64,000 bases of DNA from a virus (IMGVR_UViG_3300042268_000564), one strand, 5' to 3'. Shown: positions 49,821-57,501, numbered from the stretch's first letter. Made by a program: numbers and translations. The notes: generated by a model not told the origin, from the letters alone.

Positions 49821-50237
49821 TTATGCCCACTTTATTGTGAGCTTAAATCCGTTTGGAGCTTTTTCTAGCAGCTTCTTGAGGGTGGCTTTTGAGTTGACTA
49901 CATCTAAGATTTTATCTTTATTGATATCTTTAAAGGCATTGCCAACAAGGATGCATCCGAGTATGTCAGAATAATAATTGCCGCCATGAATCAAAATCCA
50001 TGTGCGCCCCGGAACATCTTTCACATGAAAGTGATTGCCATACTTGGGCGAGTTTCTTAAAACGCAATCATATTCTGCGGCGGGAATACATGAGATTCTG
50101 CGTTTATTGTCTTTCCACGCAAGTTCAAGAGTTTTGCAGGAAAAGATTTTTTCATCATTTTTGTAGAGAGTAAGTTCACCAAGTGTTTGCTTCTCGGAAC
50201 TTGGTTGACGAATCAGAACAGCTTCAAATTTGTCCAT
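49821..50237 (-). CDS. DUF5675-like protein, candidate peptidoglycan hydrolase (endolysin)
   Basis: TLGEL...TLE...SCIP..EY...SPKYG...VPGR..ILIHGGN...DILGCILVG; AGGAGG RBS before ATG 50237. Confidence 0.75.
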   Translation of the reverse strand: MDKFEAVLIRQPSSEKQTLGELTLYKNDEKIFSCKTLELAWKDNKRRISCIPAAEYDCVLRNSPKYGNHFHVKDVPGRTWILIHGGNYYSDILGCILVGNAFKDINKDKILDVVNSKATLKKLLEKAPNGFKLTIKWA

Positions 50238-50303
50238 AAGACACCTCCTGTTATATAACACTTTAAAGGTAGAATATAAGAAACTCTAATTAAGGGATTT
50301 GAT

Positions 50304-50999
50304 ATGACAATTATTCCAATGGTTACAGATGTCACCAGACGCACGAACGACATTTACTCTCGCCTTTTGCAAGACCGTGTTATCTTTTTGGCTGATGAGA
50401 TTACAGATGAGACGGCGAATCTTGTTGTTGCGCAATTGTTATTTCTTGCGGCAGAAGACCCGAACAAAGAAATTTCGCTTTACATAATGAGTCCGGGTGG
50501 CATGGTTACGGCAGGCATGGCAATTTATGACACGATACAGCATATTAAGCCAGATGTTTCTACCTGTTGTATCGGTGCAGCCGCCAGTATGGGTGCATTT
50601 TTGTTGGCAGCAGGAACAAAGGGTAAGAGATATGCCCTCCCTAATGTTGAAATCATGATTCATCAGGTTCTCGGTGGTGCTATGGGGCAAGAGTCTGACA
50701 TTCAGATTACAGCGCAGCAGATGGCAAAAACAAAGGCTCGTATCAACCAAATTTTGGCTAAACATACTGGACAGCCTTTGGACAAGGTGACGGCAGATTG
50801 TGATAGGGATTATTATTTGACAGCAGAAGAAGCTGTGGAATACGGTTTGATTGACAAGATTCTTTATCCTCGTGAAAAAAGTAATACAAAAAAAACAAAA
50901 ATGACTGAGGTTGAAGATAAGAATGGTAAGAAAAAGCTTTCTCAGGAGTCTCTTGAAAAGAAATATGGAAAATTTAAACCAGCAGGAAAGAAAAAGTAA
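50304..50999 (+). CDS. clpP: ATP-dependent Clp protease proteolytic subunit
   Basis: DIYSRLL.DRVIFL, AQLLFL, SPGG, AASMG (Ser), MIHQ (His), DRD (Asp), YGLID. Confidence 0.96.
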   Translation: MTIIPMVTDVTRRTNDIYSRLLQDRVIFLADEITDETANLVVAQLLFLAAEDPNKEISLYIMSPGGMVTAGMAIYDTIQHIKPDVSTCCIGAAASMGAFLLAAGTKGKRYALPNVEIMIHQVLGGAMGQESDIQITAQQMAKTKARINQILAKHTGQPLDKVTADCDRDYYLTAEEAVEYGLIDKILYPREKSNTKKTKMTEVEDKNGKKKLSQESLEKKYGKFKPAGKKK

Positions 51000-51027
51000 T
51001 TGACAATATTAACGTAGTTGTTACAAT
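51000..51027 (+). promoter_or_regulatory. sigma70-type promoter TTGACA-N16-TACAAT driving ncRNA 1
   Basis: Same 16-bp spacing; no ORF before the next terminator. Confidence 0.7.
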
Positions 51028-51040
51028 AATATTAGCAATA

Positions 51041-51113
51041 TTGAAGATTATATACAGCAAACAAATGAACGCTGAAAAACTGTCAATTTTCTTAGCGGAA
51101 AATCTATAATCTG
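51041..51113 (+). ncRNA. Candidate structured small RNA, copy 1 (TTGAAG-stem-CAGCAAAC motif)
   Basis: AGATTATA(51045-52)/TATAATCT(51105-12) closing stem, internal CGCTGA..TTAGCG hairpin, own promoter and terminator, paralog at 52086. Confidence 0.7.
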
Positions 51114-51125
51114 AGGTTGCTATTT

Positions 51126-51153
51126 AAAAAGCTGCGATTAAGCAGCTTTTTTT
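51126..51153 (+). terminator. Intrinsic terminator after ncRNA 1
   Basis: AAAAAGCTGC-gattaa-GCAGCTTTTTTT. Confidence 0.85.
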
Positions 51154-51166
51154 ATCGGAGGTAATT

Positions 51167-51550
51167 ATGTTGTTCACTTTTCACGCATTAATAGTAGTGT
51201 CGTCGCTGTTGTTTTATCATTATGGCAAATCTGGGCGGAAATTTTATCGATATGCAGGTTATGTCTCTGTATTTCTGCTTTGTTTCACTTATGGGCATCA
51301 AAACTATTATTTTACTAAAGCGTTGGAACGAGAAAAGCAGTTAGCGACGGCAACTTTGAAATATGACGAAAATTTAAGAAAGCTTACCGCCACAGTCCAT
51401 GAATATTTGCAGATGGTTAAAAGCAGTCAAAAATGGGACGATGTTGCGTCGTCTACTTCTTTGCAGGAATATACCTTTACTGTGGGTGGCGTAGACAAAG
51501 AGACCATTGTTGCAACTGAACCTTTGATTGAGGTGGGAGGAAAAAATTAA
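51167..51550 (+). CDS. Membrane protein
   Basis: Two TM segments, GGAGG RBS. Confidence 0.6.
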   Translation: MLFTFHALIVVSSLLFYHYGKSGRKFYRYAGYVSVFLLCFTYGHQNYYFTKALEREKQLATATLKYDENLRKLTATVHEYLQMVKSSQKWDDVASSTSLQEYTFTVGGVDKETIVATEPLIEVGGKN

Positions 51551-52032
51551 TGTCTAATTTTTCTGCCGCCTTTGGTGTCGCCTTTATCGTAGGTGTTTTG
51601 CATGTGATTTTTCAAGTTTTGCTTTCAGACAACAAAAAGTCTAGTTTCAGGATGTCGACTATTTTCTTGACGGTTGCCTGTGTTTCATTATGTATTATTG
51701 CGTCTGAGGCTGACAGGGAAAAGGCTATACACACCGCCAGACGAGACCAGTTTAATTCTAAAATAGCGAATATTACACAGGAAAGAGACTCTTATAAGAA
51801 GTTGTATAAGGATACTGCACTCGAATATCAAAAGGATGTTGTAGAGCAACGAAACCTTTGTGAGAAAAAACTTGCAGATATGGAAGCGGAATGTGCAAAA
51901 CAGATAGCTGAAATAAGAGAACGTGCTGTTGCCGCTGGCTTAGGAGAATGGAAAGAGGAAGTAGTTGCTACGAACAAGGTTTTTTACTTTAAGGGTGAAA
52001 AGCTTCTTGCAGAGCAGATTGAAAAAAAATAA
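51550..52032 (+). CDS. Membrane protein with coiled coil
   Basis: Two TM segments, TAATG coupling. Confidence 0.6.
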   Translation: MSNFSAAFGVAFIVGVLHVIFQVLLSDNKKSSFRMSTIFLTVACVSLCIIASEADREKAIHTARRDQFNSKIANITQERDSYKKLYKDTALEYQKDVVEQRNLCEKKLADMEAECAKQIAEIRERAVAAGLGEWKEEVVATNKVFYFKGEKLLAEQIEKK

Positions 52033-52042
52033 AAATATTTTG

Positions 52043-52070
52043 TTGACAATGTTGAGGTCAAAGTTATAAT
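52043..52070 (+). promoter_or_regulatory. sigma70-type promoter TTGACA-N16-TATAAT driving ncRNA 2 / vWA gene
   Basis: Perfect hexamers. Confidence 0.8.
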
Positions 52071-52085
52071 ACGAATATAACGATT

Positions 52086-52217
52086 TTGAAGGTTGCTTGC
52101 AGCAAACCAACAAGCAAAATACTTTTAATCTTTACCGCTAACGTAACCTGTAAATCATTAATCTCGGAGCAATCCGGCGCAATCTCGGTAGGCTGTTGCT
52201 ACCGGGTCGATTATGGT
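52086..52217 (+). ncRNA. Candidate structured RNA, copy 2, plus a downstream three-way-junction domain (leader of vWA gene)
   Basis: AGGTTGC(52090-96)/GTAACCT(52143-49) stem with CAGCAAAC; then ATCATTAATC/GATTATGGT stem enclosing CGGA-GCAA-TCCG and CGGTAG/CTACCG hairpins. Confidence 0.7.
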
Positions 52218-52218
52218 G

Positions 52219-52250
52219 AACAGGTTAGAAGAAATTCTAACCTGTTTTTT
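52219..52250 (+). terminator. Leader terminator/attenuator upstream of vWA gene
   Basis: AACAGGTTAGAA-GAAA-TTCTAACCTGTT TTTT, lies between promoter and RBS. Confidence 0.85.
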
Positions 52251-52274
52251 ATTTGGGAAAAAAGGAGGCTGAAA

Positions 52275-53849
52275 ATGCCAAGAAAAGTAAGAAAAGTTGT
52301 AACTGGTAACGATGGTACTCACTACGAAAACACTGGCAATCCACTGGTGGACTTTTTCTCTGCTGCTGGTTCCATGCTTAAAGGTGGAACGGCACCAATA
52401 TTCAGTTCAGCATTGACTGCTGACAAGCTGCGTGCAATGCAATTGCTGTTCTGGCTGCGTGATATTCGTGGCGGGGCTGGTAATCGTTCAGGCTTTAAAG
52501 ATTGTCTGAATCTGCTCGCCAAAGAAGCTACTGAATGGGCAAGAGAAAACATGGACATCATCCCTGAACTCGGCAGATGGGACGACCTGACAGCTTTCAT
52601 TGGCACACCTCTCGAAAAAGAAGCCATTGATATGTGGGCAAAAGCAATTGCCGACGGGAATGGTCTTGCTGCAAAGTGGGCACCAAGGGCAACTAACAAA
52701 GCCAAGAAGCCTGTATTTGACGCTCTCCGCAAGTCGCTGAAAATGTCACCAAAAGACTTCAGAAAAACTTTGGCGCAGAATACGAATGTTATTGAAACCG
52801 CAATGTGTAACAAGGAATTTGATAAAATCAATTACAACCATGTTCCATCTGTTGCAATGAGCCGTTACAAGAAAACATTCTCAAAGCATGACTGCACAAG
52901 ATTCGGCGAATGGATTAACGAAGTCAAGGAAGCTGTCGCAACTGGCAAAAAGGGCAAAGGTGTTGCAAAAATGAACACAAAAGCTTTGTTTCCTCATGAC
53001 ATCGTGAGACAGGTTATGGATGAGCTTGGTGGTCGAGTTAGTTGCTACGGCGGTGGCAGATATGATACTAAGTTCAAGTCAGAATTTGCTGATACTGCAT
53101 TTGCTTCTTTGCCAGATTATATCGGCGACAAAGACCAGAAGATTCTTTGCATCGTAGATTGTAGCGGCTCAATGACAAGTGTTACGAGTGGTTCTGTGTC
53201 CATGATGGATATTGCTCATGGCTTGGGTATGTATTGTTCTGCAAGAATTGCGGAAGATAACCCTTTCCACAAGCTTATTGTGCCATTCTCAAGGACTGCC
53301 AGATTCTTTTCATGGAAAAATCTGCCGTTCAGTAATGCTCTATTCAAGCTGCGTGTCACTGAGAGTGAAGTTGCGTCAACTGACATGTCTGCGACTTTGA
53401 GCCTGATTCTTGACACTGCGAAGCAGTATAAGCTTAAGGCTGAAGATATGCCAACGACTTTAATGATTCTTTCCGACATGCAGTTCAATGGTGCAGTTCA
53501 TTCTGGTGATGATACTGTTTTTGAAAGATTCAAGAAAGAATTCAAGGCTGCTGGTTATAAATTTCCAAAAGTAATTTTTTGGAATCTCAATTCTGGCATG
53601 GGCAACGGCAAACCAACTACAGCTACAGCAAAGAATATGGTGCTTATCAGTGGTTTCTCAGCGAATATTCTTACCTCTGCTCTTAAGGGTGGTGGAATTA
53701 CACCTGAGTCTATCATGATGGACACTATTGGTAAGTATGAAAACTTGGTTAAAATTCCTGCCTCTGAACAGGCTCCTGTAAAAAAGGTAAAGCGGGTAAC
53801 TAAAACTACCGCAACAACTGCCAAAGCAAAAACTACGACCAAAGCGTAA
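52275..53849 (+). CDS. TROVE/Ro60-like helical + vWA protein (DUF2828-like)
   Basis: LFWLRDIRGGAG.R, ELGRWDDL, LAAKWAPR, INYNHVPSVAM, MIDAS DCSGSM, ILSDMQF, FWNL, ISGFS; AGGAGG RBS before ATG 52275. Confidence 0.8.
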   Translation: MPRKVRKVVTGNDGTHYENTGNPLVDFFSAAGSMLKGGTAPIFSSALTADKLRAMQLLFWLRDIRGGAGNRSGFKDCLNLLAKEATEWARENMDIIPELGRWDDLTAFIGTPLEKEAIDMWAKAIADGNGLAAKWAPRATNKAKKPVFDALRKSLKMSPKDFRKTLAQNTNVIETAMCNKEFDKINYNHVPSVAMSRYKKTFSKHDCTRFGEWINEVKEAVATGKKGKGVAKMNTKALFPHDIVRQVMDELGGRVSCYGGGRYDTKFKSEFADTAFASLPDYIGDKDQKILCIVDCSGSMTSVTSGSVSMMDIAHGLGMYCSARIAEDNPFHKLIVPFSRTARFFSWKNLPFSNALFKLRVTESEVASTDMSATLSLILDTAKQYKLKAEDMPTTLMILSDMQFNGAVHSGDDTVFERFKKEFKAAGYKFPKVIFWNLNSGMGNGKPTTATAKNMVLISGFSANILTSALKGGGITPESIMMDTIGKYENLVKIPASEQAPVKKVKRVTKTTATTAKAKTTTKA

Positions 53850-53855
53850 TTGATT

Positions 53856-53879
53856 GGGCACCTTCGGGTGCCCTTTCTC
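53856..53879 (+). terminator. Intrinsic terminator
   Basis: GGGCACC-TTCG-GGTGCCC TTT. Confidence 0.8.
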
Positions 53880-53893
53880 TAAGGGGATATAGC

Positions 53894-54271
53894 ATGACAT
53901 TGAATATTTGGAATAATATAATTGTCGAGCAAGCTTACGGTGTGTCTACGCCACCATTTGTTGCATTGCACGGTATTTTAAATTCCAGAGACTTGCGGGA
54001 CTTTGTTTTTGTAGATAAAAAGCTTTCTAAAGGTGCCATTATCTTGACCTTTTTGAAATATATGCCAATCACGGTAGAAGGTTTAACAAGAGACGGCAGA
54101 GAAAAAGTTCTCACAATGGTCTTGCGTGGTGAAAAAGTTCGAGTGCGTTCTAAGTTTTTGGACTACAGTGAAACGTATGACATACATGACATGCGATTAA
54201 AAGATGATGTGTTGCTTTTATTGCATAAATCCTTACCGAACAGGTTCTCAGCGGAGCTTGAACTTTTGTAA
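53894..54271 (+). CDS. Hypothetical protein
   Basis: AAGGGG RBS. Confidence 0.55.
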   Translation: MTLNIWNNIIVEQAYGVSTPPFVALHGILNSRDLRDFVFVDKKLSKGAIILTFLKYMPITVEGLTRDGREKVLTMVLRGEKVRVRSKFLDYSETYDIHDMRLKDDVLLLLHKSLPNRFSAELELL

Positions 54272-54346
54272 TTTTTTTTATTAAAATTTCTTTCTGGCTA
54301 TAAAATATGAATCGGGTAATAAAAAATTCTTGCAGGAGAGCAAACA

Positions 54347-54637
54347 ATGATTAACTATGACGAGCTTTACAATCAACCCTTTCCAGTTTCAGCCATGTCC
54401 TATGATGAGGACGAAGACTTTGACGATGAAGATGACCTCGAAGAGTGGGGCGACGACGAAGAGGACGAAGATTACATGGATGACGAAGATGAGGACGAGG
54501 ACTTTTTCGATGATGAGGATGAAGTTGTAGAATACGATGACGATGATGACCTTGACGACGAAGACCCTGATGATATGGACGATGAGGATTTTGAGGACGA
54601 TGACGAGGACTGGGACGATATAGACGACGATTACTAA
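54347..54637 (+). CDS. Extremely acidic small protein
   Basis: 96 aa, mostly Asp/Glu, no Lys/Arg; AGGAG RBS; terminator downstream. Confidence 0.75.
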   Translation: MINYDELYNQPFPVSAMSYDEDEDFDDEDDLEEWGDDEEDEDYMDDEDEDEDFFDDEDEVVEYDDDDDLDDEDPDDMDDEDFEDDDEDWDDIDDDY

Positions 54638-54643
54638 TTACAG

Positions 54644-54673
54644 TAAGCCCCTGTAAAATGGGGCTTATTTTTT
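54644..54673 (+). terminator. Intrinsic terminator
   Basis: TAAGCCCC...GGGGCTTA TTTTTT. Confidence 0.75.
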
Positions 54674-54683
54674 ATAATGCCGC

Positions 54684-54711
54684 TTGACAATTTTCTGCAT
54701 TTTGATATAAT
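54684..54711 (+). promoter_or_regulatory. sigma70-type promoter TTGACA-N16-TATAAT
   Basis: Perfect hexamers. Confidence 0.8.
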
Positions 54712-54736
54712 AAAATATAAATGAGGAGGTTAAGTA

Positions 54737-55159
54737 ATGGCTAAGTATGATGTGGTTTATGCCTGTGGCTGTAAGAAGGTTGTTAACCTTTTCGGAAAAA
54801 ATACTGAGAGACAGCGGAAGCTTACTTGGATGACTACTCAAAAGTGCTGGGATTGTCATAAAGCTGAAGAAAGCAGGGAGGCTGCTGAGAAAACAAGCGA
54901 AATGAACCTTGTCTCTCTTGAGGGGTCTGAGAAGCAGGTAGCGTGGGCAAATAAAATTAGAATAGACATGATTAAAGCTTTGCCACCAATTAAGCCAGAA
55001 CATAAAAAAATGATGTTTGGCTATATCAACGAAATCACTAATGCTGCAAAATGGATTAATATGAGATTCACTCCTCTTTACGAAGAAATCAAAACAATGC
55101 ATAAGGCAAAAATGGAAGCTGCTGCAAGACGAGAGAAAGAACCACCCGACATGCTTTAA
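54737..55159 (+). CDS. Conserved phage protein (CGC...CxxC...LEGSEKQVAWA)
   Basis: Recognisable LxGSEKQVAWAxxIR motif; GAGGAGG RBS. Confidence 0.6.
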   Translation: MAKYDVVYACGCKKVVNLFGKNTERQRKLTWMTTQKCWDCHKAEESREAAEKTSEMNLVSLEGSEKQVAWANKIRIDMIKALPPIKPEHKKMMFGYINEITNAAKWINMRFTPLYEEIKTMHKAKMEAAARREKEPPDML

Positions 55160-55176
55160 TTTTTTTATTTTTTCAC

Positions 55177-55236
55177 TTGACACTTTTTTGTTTTTCATTA
55201 TAATAAAAGTATAGATAAAAAACAAAGGAGCCGAGT
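55177..55236 (+). promoter_or_regulatory. Promoter + RBS cassette, copy 2
   Basis: Near-identical to 29782-29844. Confidence 0.85.
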
Positions 55237-55572
55237 ATGTATAATCAGGAAAACGCAACCGAAACCCTCAGACAGCTTACCATGAGCAATAATCCTGTTG
55301 GAACACTTACAATGTTCTTGGGTGCTTATCATATCGCTTTCAGTAGTAAAGAATACAATGTAAGCTTCAAATTCAAAGCGAGAGCAAAGAATAGCGTTAA
55401 TTACTGCAAAATCACGTTGACTGCAATGGACGACTACACAATGGAGCTTGGCAGAATCAGAGACAAGCAGGGTGTTCCTACATACAAAAAGGTCGAAGAA
55501 ATCGACGGACTCTACTGGGAAGACCTGAAAGGTGCATTCGAAAGACATACTGGTTTGTATCTCAGCCTGTAA
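55237..55572 (+). CDS. Conserved phage hypothetical protein
   Basis: ITL.AMDDY.M...Y..DL...FE.HTGLYLSL. Confidence 0.6.
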   Translation: MYNQENATETLRQLTMSNNPVGTLTMFLGAYHIAFSSKEYNVSFKFKARAKNSVNYCKITLTAMDDYTMELGRIRDKQGVPTYKKVEEIDGLYWEDLKGAFERHTGLYLSL

Positions 55573-55582
55573 GAGGAAAGTT

Positions 55583-55822
55583 ATGGAAAAACTCAATAAA
55601 GAGCTGACCGAACGTATGAGCAAAGCTCTTGAGAATGGTAGATATAGTATAAGGATTGATGCAAAAACACTCCTGATAGAAATCAACCCATTTTCTACTG
55701 TTGAAGCAATGAATAAAGCCGTTGTTGAGGTGTCTGCAAAATGCCCCTGTTGCGCAAAAAAGCGTCTGGCTTACATAGAAACCGGCGAAGAAATAATTTT
55801 GTGCGAGATTGCACCCGACTAA
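55583..55822 (+). CDS. Hypothetical protein
   Basis: GAGG RBS before ATG 55583. Confidence 0.55.
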   Translation: MEKLNKELTERMSKALENGRYSIRIDAKTLLIEINPFSTVEAMNKAVVEVSAKCPCCAKKRLAYIETGEEIILCEIAPD

Positions 55823-55897
55823 AAATGTAATTGCATAAAATCGCACCTGCGATTATAATAGCTCGTGGGTGTGATTTTTATTTTATTGGAGGTCGGG

Positions 55898-56269
55898 ATG
55901 AACTTGACTACTTTTTGTAATGATGTGCAAGGCAGGACTTATACAGATGTGATTAATGATAGCCGTTTTGATTTTGAGGAAATCTTACATTTTTTCAATT
56001 CTCAGGAACGAATAGACAGAATTTTGGTAGCGCAAGAACATTTCAAGCTTCCCCCTCTTGGCGGCGTGGCTGTTGAAATTGAGCAACATTCCGCTTTTAA
56101 GGTGTTGCAGGAGTCGCCTCGAACTTGCCACCGATTGAAACAAGCTATTGGGGTGATAGTGAGAATTATAATGGAGCAGAATGGTTGGGAAAAGACTGCC
56201 GAAGATGGTTCCATGCTCTCAATTACCAAGCTTTTCAAAAAGGCTAAACTTTATAGGAGGAACGCATGA
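55898..56269 (+). CDS. Hypothetical protein
   Basis: GGAGG RBS before ATG 55898. Confidence 0.55.
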   Translation: MNLTTFCNDVQGRTYTDVINDSRFDFEEILHFFNSQERIDRILVAQEHFKLPPLGGVAVEIEQHSAFKVLQESPRTCHRLKQAIGVIVRIIMEQNGWEKTAEDGSMLSITKLFKKAKLYRRNA

Positions 56270-56469
56270 CAAAGGGACAGAAACAAGAAGAGTTGATGAC
56301 AGACATGAAAAATGCACTTGATATTTTGTGGGTGCTGGCGATATCGCTTGAGCACAATACAAAAAGAGAGAACTTTCTGGCACAAAGGGACGCAAAAGAT
56401 GGACAAAAACTCTGCAAAGAATTGCTCAAAAAATACGAAACCGAGTTTGGCAGACTCGGGGTTGGTTAA
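56266..56469 (+). CDS. Hypothetical protein
   Basis: AGGAGG RBS. Confidence 0.55.
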   Translation: MTKGQKQEELMTDMKNALDILWVLAISLEHNTKRENFLAQRDAKDGQKLCKELLKKYETEFGRLGVG

Positions 56470-56484
56470 TTTTTTTAAAATCGC

Positions 56485-56540
56485 TTGACATTTTTTTGTA
56501 TTTTATTATAATAAAAGTATAAAGACAAAGGAGCCGAGCG
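56485..56540 (+). promoter_or_regulatory. Promoter + RBS cassette, copy 3
   Basis: TTGACA-N16-TATAATAAAAGTATA...CAAAGGAGCCGAG. Confidence 0.85.
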
Positions 56541-56786
56541 ATGAACGAAGCGAAGGAAATCAGAGTCGAGCTTAAAAATAAATTGGGTTATAATTCACGG
56601 CAGGTATCAGTAAGGACTGATGGCTGTGCTATAAGGGTAAATGTTAAAGATAAAAGCATAGACCTTAAGCCTATTAAGGAAATTGCACGGAAATACGAAG
56701 ATATAAGTCGTTGCGAGTATACTCACGAGATTCTTTCTGGTGGCAACACTTTTGTATTTGTTAACTACTCGTGGGATGCTAAATAA
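56541..56786 (+). CDS. Hypothetical protein (LPD29-like pattern)
   Basis: AKEIR.ELK....VSVR....I.V. Confidence 0.5.
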   Translation: MNEAKEIRVELKNKLGYNSRQVSVRTDGCAIRVNVKDKSIDLKPIKEIARKYEDISRCEYTHEILSGGNTFVFVNYSWDAK

Positions 56787-56804
56787 GGGATAAGGAGTTT
56801 AACA

Positions 56805-57077
56805 ATGTTAGAGCCGAAATTTGAAGTATTTGAAACTACCGAAGACCTTGTGAACCTTGACAAGCCCTATCGCCATATTATGGTTGAGGGTGTTAAATAT
56901 CGTGCCTCGTCAAATTCCTGCAAAGGTGTTACATTGTTCTACAATGAAGAGACGGGTAAAGCTTACTTCAGATATGAACTTATGGTGCATGACGGAGAAA
57001 ATCTCAGGCTGTGGAACGAAAAAAATCTTCCAAGAGAAATGGAAATTGCAATCGACTTTCAGTTTAAGGTGGTGTGA
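56805..57077 (+). CDS. Hypothetical protein
   Basis: AAGGAG RBS. Confidence 0.55.
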   Translation: MLEPKFEVFETTEDLVNLDKPYRHIMVEGVKYRASSNSCKGVTLFYNEETGKAYFRYELMVHDGENLRLWNEKNLPREMEIAIDFQFKVV

Positions 57078-57499
57078 AAATGCGCTTTCATAATTGGAAA
57101 GACATATTCATTGGCACTATTATTGTGTCGTTATTTGTTACCGTTGTGGCAGGTGTTGTTTATGTTTGCATGAATACTGGCACTTACAGAGAGCTTGGCA
57201 GTATTTATGTTGTTGATAAAGAATATGTGAGAGCTTACACGGAAACCAGAACAGAGACTAAATCTTATACTGAGAATGGGAAGACCAAAACGAGACTTGT
57301 AACCCGCAAAATTTATCACCCTGCCGAATACAATGTAACATTCAGGGACGTCAAATATCAGTATCGTTGCGTTGTGAATGACAGTCGTTTTTATGACAAA
57401 GTAAGAACTGACTGCAAATATGACGGTTGTGTTGTATACCGCACTTGGAAAAAAGAAATTGCAGGATTGTGGGGTTTTGAATTTATTGAAAGGAACTGA
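57074..57499 (+). CDS. Membrane-anchored hypothetical protein
   Basis: N-terminal TM. Confidence 0.55.
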   Translation: MKMRFHNWKDIFIGTIIVSLFVTVVAGVVYVCMNTGTYRELGSIYVVDKEYVRAYTETRTETKSYTENGKTKTRLVTRKIYHPAEYNVTFRDVKYQYRCVVNDSRFYDKVRTDCKYDGCVVYRTWKKEIAGLWGFEFIERN

Positions 57500-57501
57500 T
57501 T

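Noticed and set aside
51041-52217. tRNA genes or canonical Y RNA
   Set aside because: No cloverleaf with TTCG T-loop and anticodon arm; the Y-RNA bulged-C Ro-binding helix sequence is absent.
52086-52274. 63-aa N-terminal extension of the vWA ORF given by the ORF track
   Set aside because: Region holds structured RNA and a terminator; AGGAGG precedes ATG 52275, which is the better start.
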